Source of the DNA: an uncultured SAR86 cluster bacterium
Lineage (GTDB): Bacteria > Pseudomonadota > Gammaproteobacteria > Magnimaribacterales > D2472
DNA length: 64,000 bases
Direction of reading: 5' to 3'
NCBI GenBank assembly: GCA_902541175.1
Contig: CACBPP010000003.1
Location: 9,765 to 73,764, forward strand
The position numbers were made by a program, and so were the translations under genes. The notes below the pieces were generated by a model. That model had not been told where the DNA came from, searched no databases, and saw nothing but the letters and a program-made list of their open reading frames with translations. Positions 59,734 to 64,000 of the stretch are shown piece after piece. How positions within the stretch are numbered: position 1 is the stretch's first letter; every line of letters begins with the position of its first letter.

Positions 59734-60846
59734 ATGATGAATTTTGAGGTAGTTGAAACAAAACAAGAGAACGCAAAAATAAAAGTTGTTGGAGTTGGTG
59801 GCGGTGGAGGAAATGCAATACTTCATATGATTAATCATGATATCAAAGGCGTAGATTTTATTTGTGCAAATACTGACACTCAAGCTTTAAAATCTGTAAA
59901 AAACGCAACTACAATAAAACTGGGCAATGGCTTGACTAAAGGATTAGGTGCTGGAGCGGATCCTGATATTGGCAGAAGAGCTGCTGAAAGTGACAGAATG
60001 GCAATAGAAGAATTATTATCCGGTGCAGATATGGTTTTCATTACTGCTGGAATGGGAGGAGGGACAGGTACTGGAGCTGCGCCTGTAATTGCATCAATCG
60101 CAAAAGAATTAGGAGCATTAACTGTTGCTGTAGTAACAAAACCCTTTAAATTTGAAGGAAAAAAAAGAATGGGAGCCGCTGAAAAAGGTCTTGCGTCATT
60201 AGTTGAAGAGGTAGACAGCCTTGTAACTATCCCAAATGAGAAACTTTTTGAAATACTAGGATTAGATACTTCCATGCAAGATGCTTTTGCAAAATCTGAT
60301 GACGTTTTAAAGGGCGCTGTTCAAGGAATTTCAGACATTATTATGCAAAGAGGTCACGTAAATGTTGACTTTGCTGATGTAAAAGCTGTCATGTCAGAAA
60401 AAGGTATTGCTATGATGGGTACAGGTATTGCAAGTGGCAAGAATAGAGCTGAAGCTGCAGCAACAATGGCTGTTAAGAGTGAATTGTTAGATGATATTAA
60501 TCTTAAAAATGCTAGAGGTGTTTTGGTGAATATCACAGGTAAAGAGCCTACTCTTAGGGATCAAGCTGAGGTAGCAGATATTATTGATGAGATTGTTAGT
60601 GAAGATGCAAATATTATTTATGGTCTTGTTTTTGACAAAAGTTATAAAGATGAAATTAAAGTAACAATCGTTGCAACAGGAGTGGACCAAAGAGCACCAT
60701 CTTTAGTGATTGATAACGAACCATCAATGAAATTAAATCCTGTTGGTTTGGATAAAGATAAAACCAGTCAAAAAGTTGGCACGTCGTCTGCAGAGGAAAT
60801 TGATTTCCTTGATGTGCCGACTTTTATGAGAAAACAAGTAGATTAA
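59734..60846 (+). CDS. ftsZ: cell division protein FtsZ
   Basis: 370 aa with GVGGGGGNA, NTDTQAL, tubulin signature GMGGGTGTGAAPV and the conserved C-terminal peptide IDFLDVPTFMRKQ. SD AAGGGGAG upstream. Confidence 0.97.
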   Translation: MMNFEVVETKQENAKIKVVGVGGGGGNAILHMINHDIKGVDFICANTDTQALKSVKNATTIKLGNGLTKGLGAGADPDIGRRAAESDRMAIEELLSGADMVFITAGMGGGTGTGAAPVIASIAKELGALTVAVVTKPFKFEGKKRMGAAEKGLASLVEEVDSLVTIPNEKLFEILGLDTSMQDAFAKSDDVLKGAVQGISDIIMQRGHVNVDFADVKAVMSEKGIAMMGTGIASGKNRAEAAATMAVKSELLDDINLKNARGVLVNITGKEPTLRDQAEVADIIDEIVSEDANIIYGLVFDKSYKDEIKVTIVATGVDQRAPSLVIDNEPSMKLNPVGLDKDKTSQKVGTSSAEEIDFLDVPTFMRKQVD

Positions 60847-60847
60847 A

Positions 60848-61741
60848 ATGCTTCATTTTCCAGTTTTACTGGAAGAATCCGTTGATTTTTTACTAAATGA
60901 CGTAAACGGTCATTATATTGACTGTACTTTTGGTAGGGGTGGACATTCAAAATTAATTTTAGAGAAATTATCAAAAGATGGACTTCTAACAGGCATCGAT
61001 AAAGATCCTGATGCATGTGAATATGCTATGAAATTTCAAAATGATAATTTTAAGATTATTAATGATTCATTTAATAACATTGAGAAATATTTTGAAGAAG
61101 AAAGCATAAACGGAATTTTATATGATCTTGGTACATGCTCGACTCATCTTGATCAACCTGAAAGAGGGTTTAGCTTTAATAAAGATGGCCCACTTGATAT
61201 GCGCTTTAATAACAAAATAGGTACACCACTTTCTGTATGGTTAGAAAATGCCTCAGAGGAACAAATCAGAGATATTCTTTATAAATATGGTGATGAAAAA
61301 CATGCAAAATTAATTAGTAATGCAATTGTTAAAAGCAAGATTAAGAATAAGATTACAACAACGACTCAACTTTCAAATATTATAAAAGACATACATCCTG
61401 AAAAAAATAAAAAAACTCATCCAGCAACAAAATCTTTTCAAGCTTTTCGTATTTTTATAAACAACGAACTTGAAGAATTTGCTGAATCTCTTAAAGCAGC
61501 AGAAAAACTTTTAAAGTTAGGTGGTTATATAGTAACAATAGCTTTTCATTCATTAGAAGATAATATTATTAAAAATTTTTTTAAACCATCCTTGGTGTCT
61601 TTCCCCAAAGATATTCCTATAAATAACAAAGAAGAAAAGAGATTTAAATGTATTGCAAAAAAAATCAGAGCCTCTAAAGATGAAACAAATATTAACCCAA
61701 GATCAAGAAGTGCAATAATGAGGGTCTTTCAAAAAATATGA
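60848..61741 (+). CDS. rsmH: 16S rRNA (cytosine1402-N4)-methyltransferase RsmH (MraW)
   Basis: 297 aa with HFPVLLEE, DCTFGRGGHS, GFSF and FHSLEDNIIK. Confidence 0.93.
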   Translation: MLHFPVLLEESVDFLLNDVNGHYIDCTFGRGGHSKLILEKLSKDGLLTGIDKDPDACEYAMKFQNDNFKIINDSFNNIEKYFEEESINGILYDLGTCSTHLDQPERGFSFNKDGPLDMRFNNKIGTPLSVWLENASEEQIRDILYKYGDEKHAKLISNAIVKSKIKNKITTTTQLSNIIKDIHPEKNKKTHPATKSFQAFRIFINNELEEFAESLKAAEKLLKLGGYIVTIAFHSLEDNIIKNFFKPSLVSFPKDIPINNKEEKRFKCIAKKIRASKDETNINPRSRSAIMRVFQKI

Positions 61742-62007
61742 TTAAAAAGAAAATAATATTTCAATATCTATTTTTATTAGTTTTGATCTTTATTCTTAGT
61801 ATTGAAAAAATAAAATTATCATGGGAAATAAGTACTCTTTATAACAATAGTGAGAATATAAAAGTTGAGCTTGAAAAACTTAAAGATCTCAATCTTAAAT
61901 TAACAACGCAATACCATTTAGAAAATTCTCCAGCAATAATTGAAAAAATTGCTAAAGAAGATTTAGGAATGACAAAAAAGAGACCTAAAAAAATTAATTA
62001 TGAATAA
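61738..62007 (+). CDS. ftsL: cell division protein FtsL
   Basis: 89 aa bitopic protein with a TM segment, a coiled coil and a C-terminal IEKIAKEDLGM. Sits between rsmH and ftsI with 4-nt and 8-nt overlaps. Confidence 0.7.
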   Translation: MIKKKIIFQYLFLLVLIFILSIEKIKLSWEISTLYNNSENIKVELEKLKDLNLKLTTQYHLENSPAIIEKIAKEDLGMTKKRPKKINYE

Positions 62008-63619
62008 TAAACTCAATTATTTAAATTGGAGATTTATATTAATAGCTATTGCTATTTTTGTTTGCTTGATAGCAGTAATCTATAAGATTTTTTCAATACA
62101 ATTTTTCGAGAGTAGTTTCCTTCAGAATGAAGGTAACAAGAGGTATGTTAAATACAAAGACGTTGTGCCAGTAAGAGGAACAATATACGACAGAAACAAT
62201 TTTCCATTAGCGGTATCGGTCATTAATTATGATCTTTATGCTTTAAAAGGATTTACAAAATCTAAGCTGCTTAATATATCAGAAAAAGTTGATTTAGATA
62301 TTGATCCTGGAATTGAAGTTTTCAACAAGAAAACGCTTTTAAAGAAAAACATTTCAAATGAAGCGTTAATAGAAATTAGAAACTCAAGATTTAAAAATAT
62401 AGAGGTGGAGGTTCGTCACAGTAGACATTATCCGCTGGGCGATCAAATTGCACCTTTAATTGGATTCTTCGGTAAAGATGGAGCACAAGAGGGACTTGAA
62501 AAAAGTTATGACAAGGTTTTATCAGGTAAAAAGGGGAGGCAAAAATATTTCAAGAATGCTAAACAAGAAATCATTTCAAAACCTATCGAAGTTTCTAGAA
62601 CGATACAAGGAAGTGACATACATCTAACTATTGATAGCACTTTACAATTTTATGCATACAAATTCTTAGTTGAGGCCATAAAAAGCAACAAAGCAAAATC
62701 TGGAACAGCTATAATTTTAAATAATATAGATGGTGAAATACTGGCAATGGCAAGCTTTCCATCATATAACCCAAATCACCCTCAAAGAAAGATACAAAAA
62801 AACAGGGCTTTGGTTGATGCATACGAGTTGGGCTCAGTTTTAAAACCCATAGTTTTGTCAAAAGCTCTTGAACAAAAAATTGTGAATATCGATGAGTATA
62901 TAGATATACCAAGAAGACTATATCTTAATGACAAGGTTATTGTCGATTCAAAGCAATATGAGAAACTAACGCCAGCGGAAATAATTACATATTCTAGTCA
63001 AATCGGAGCATCTAAAATTGCTTTAGAGCTTGGATATGATGATCTAAAATCAAATTATTATGATTTTGGTTTTACAAAACCAATTTCAATTAACTTTCCA
63101 TCATCCGCATTTGGCTATATGGCCATTAAGGATAAAATTGTTGACAAAGAACTTGCAAGTTTAGGGTATGGTTATGGCTTAACAATTAGTCCTTTTCAGA
63201 TAGCATCAGCTTATTCAGTATTTGCTAACAATGGGATTTTTAAAGATTTTAAGCTGCTCAAAAACGAAGATGTTTCATCGAGAAGAGTTATTTCTGAATC
63301 AACTGCATCAAATATTTTGAAAGCTTTAGAAATGGCTACAAAAGACGGAACAGGACAAGCTGCAAATGTTAATGGGTTTTCTCAAGGAGGCAAGACTGGA
63401 ACTGTTCACCAAATAAGATCTGGATCAGGTTATGCGGAAGATATGTATAGGGCTTCATTCATAGGAATAACCCCTTTAAACAAAAACTCTCTGACAATAT
63501 TTGTTTCTATAGATGATCCAAGTTTAGATTCATACTCTGGTGGCAGTGTAGCAGCACCTGCTTTTGCAAAAATAGCAGAAAATTCTCTAAATCACTTAGG
63601 ATATTTTGAAGATGAGTGA
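62000..63619 (+). CDS. ftsI: peptidoglycan D,D-transpeptidase FtsI (PBP3)
   Basis: 539 aa with an N-terminal TM anchor, SxxK (GSVLKP), SxN-like YSSQ and KTGT motifs. Confidence 0.9.
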   Translation: MNNKLNYLNWRFILIAIAIFVCLIAVIYKIFSIQFFESSFLQNEGNKRYVKYKDVVPVRGTIYDRNNFPLAVSVINYDLYALKGFTKSKLLNISEKVDLDIDPGIEVFNKKTLLKKNISNEALIEIRNSRFKNIEVEVRHSRHYPLGDQIAPLIGFFGKDGAQEGLEKSYDKVLSGKKGRQKYFKNAKQEIISKPIEVSRTIQGSDIHLTIDSTLQFYAYKFLVEAIKSNKAKSGTAIILNNIDGEILAMASFPSYNPNHPQRKIQKNRALVDAYELGSVLKPIVLSKALEQKIVNIDEYIDIPRRLYLNDKVIVDSKQYEKLTPAEIITYSSQIGASKIALELGYDDLKSNYYDFGFTKPISINFPSSAFGYMAIKDKIVDKELASLGYGYGLTISPFQIASAYSVFANNGIFKDFKLLKNEDVSSRRVISESTASNILKALEMATKDGTGQAANVNGFSQGGKTGTVHQIRSGSGYAEDMYRASFIGITPLNKNSLTIFVSIDDPSLDSYSGGSVAAPAFAKIAENSLNHLGYFEDE

Positions 63620-64000
63620 ATATGAGGAAATATTAGGTATAAAAATTCCTAAAAATACTAAAATTAAAGCTGTAACCAATTCATCAAAGAAGGTTACAAA
63701 AGATTCAATTTTTTTTGGATTCAAAGGAACTAAAGTTCATGGAAGCAAGTATGCTAAAGATGCCATTAAGAATGGAGCATCGTTGGTTATTCACGACGAT
63801 CCTTTGTTTGTAAAAAATAATGAAAAGATAATTTACTCAAAAGATTTAAAAAAAAATATTATTAAATTTTTAGATTACTTTTATTCAATTGATATTAATA
63901 GTAATAATTTTTTTGCATTTACAGGCACAAACGGCAAGTCGTCAACTGCCTACATTTGTCATCAATTACTTCGTAATATGGATTATGAATCTTTATATGT
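63612..64000 (+). CDS. murE: UDP-N-acetylmuramoyl-L-alanyl-D-glutamate--2,6-diaminopimelate ligase, N-terminal part (runs off the window end)
   Basis: Hand translation from ATG 63612 gives MSEYEEILGIKIPKNTKIKAVTNSSKKVTKDSIFFGFKGTKVHGSKYAKDAI...FAFTGTNGKSST (the Mur ligase P-loop). Overlaps the ftsI stop by 8 nt. No stop inside the window. Confidence 0.85.
   Translation, partial: MSEYEEILGIKIPKNTKIKAVTNSSKKVTKDSIFFGFKGTKVHGSKYAKDAIKNGASLVIHDDPLFVKNNEKIIYSKDLKKNIIKFLDYFYSIDINSNNFFAFTGTNGKSSTAYICHQLLRNMDYESLY

Overview
This is a very AT-rich window (about one third G+C or less by eye) packed almost entirely with housekeeping genes. By my tally roughly 97-98% of the 64 kb is genes: about 65 protein genes, 4 tRNAs and RNase P RNA.

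Gene content and order match a genome-streamlined gammaproteobacterium with Pseudomonas-like synteny. The main blocks, in order, are:
- dapE-dapD-glnD-map, divergent from carAB-greA-rlmE-ftsH-glmM-tpiA-secG
- tRNA-Leu, then tRNA-fMet-rimP-nusA-infB-rbfA-truB-rpsO-pnp
- ychF-pth-rplY-prs-tRNA-Gln-ispE-lolB, divergent from hemA-prfA-prmC
- gatCAB, divergent from mreBCD-yhdP
- mgtE-rpoN-lptB-lptA-kdsD, divergent from mlaC-ibaG-murA
- degS, divergent from zapE-rplM-rpsI-petABC-sspA
- lpoA, divergent from rsmI-rnpB-mraZ and the rest of the dcw cluster

The lineage cannot be assigned from sequence alone. A marine streamlined clade such as SAR86 or SUP05-like is only a guess.

I found no mobile element, CRISPR array, prophage, toxin-antitoxin pair or recognisable defence system, and I cannot honestly claim a new multi-gene system. 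The leads worth a second look are:
1. A canonical ftsZ sits between mraZ and rsmH, at the 5' end of the dcw cluster instead of its 3' end.
2. Four GTGTG/GTGTT direct repeats with exact 10-bp phasing lie just upstream of mraZ. I read them as a MraZ operator.
3. Two tandem paralogous ~75-aa glycine-rich membrane miniproteins of unknown function sit between pnp and a tRNA-Met. They carry the strongest Shine-Dalgarno (SD) site I noticed while reading the window and its only strong intrinsic terminator.
4. Compaction is extreme. Divergent genes have start codons that overlap or lie 1 bp apart, and convergent genes overlap with no terminators.
5. Envelope loci are pruned or shortened: no kdsC/lptC, an orphan mlaC, and short YhdP-, LpoA-, LolB- and LptA-like proteins.
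6. tRNA-Leu(GAG) is inverted relative to secG, and the initiator tRNA has a U1-U72 mismatch.

Several ORF-track starts were corrected by homology to known N-termini. Two genes truncated by the window edges, dapE and murE, were added by hand translation.
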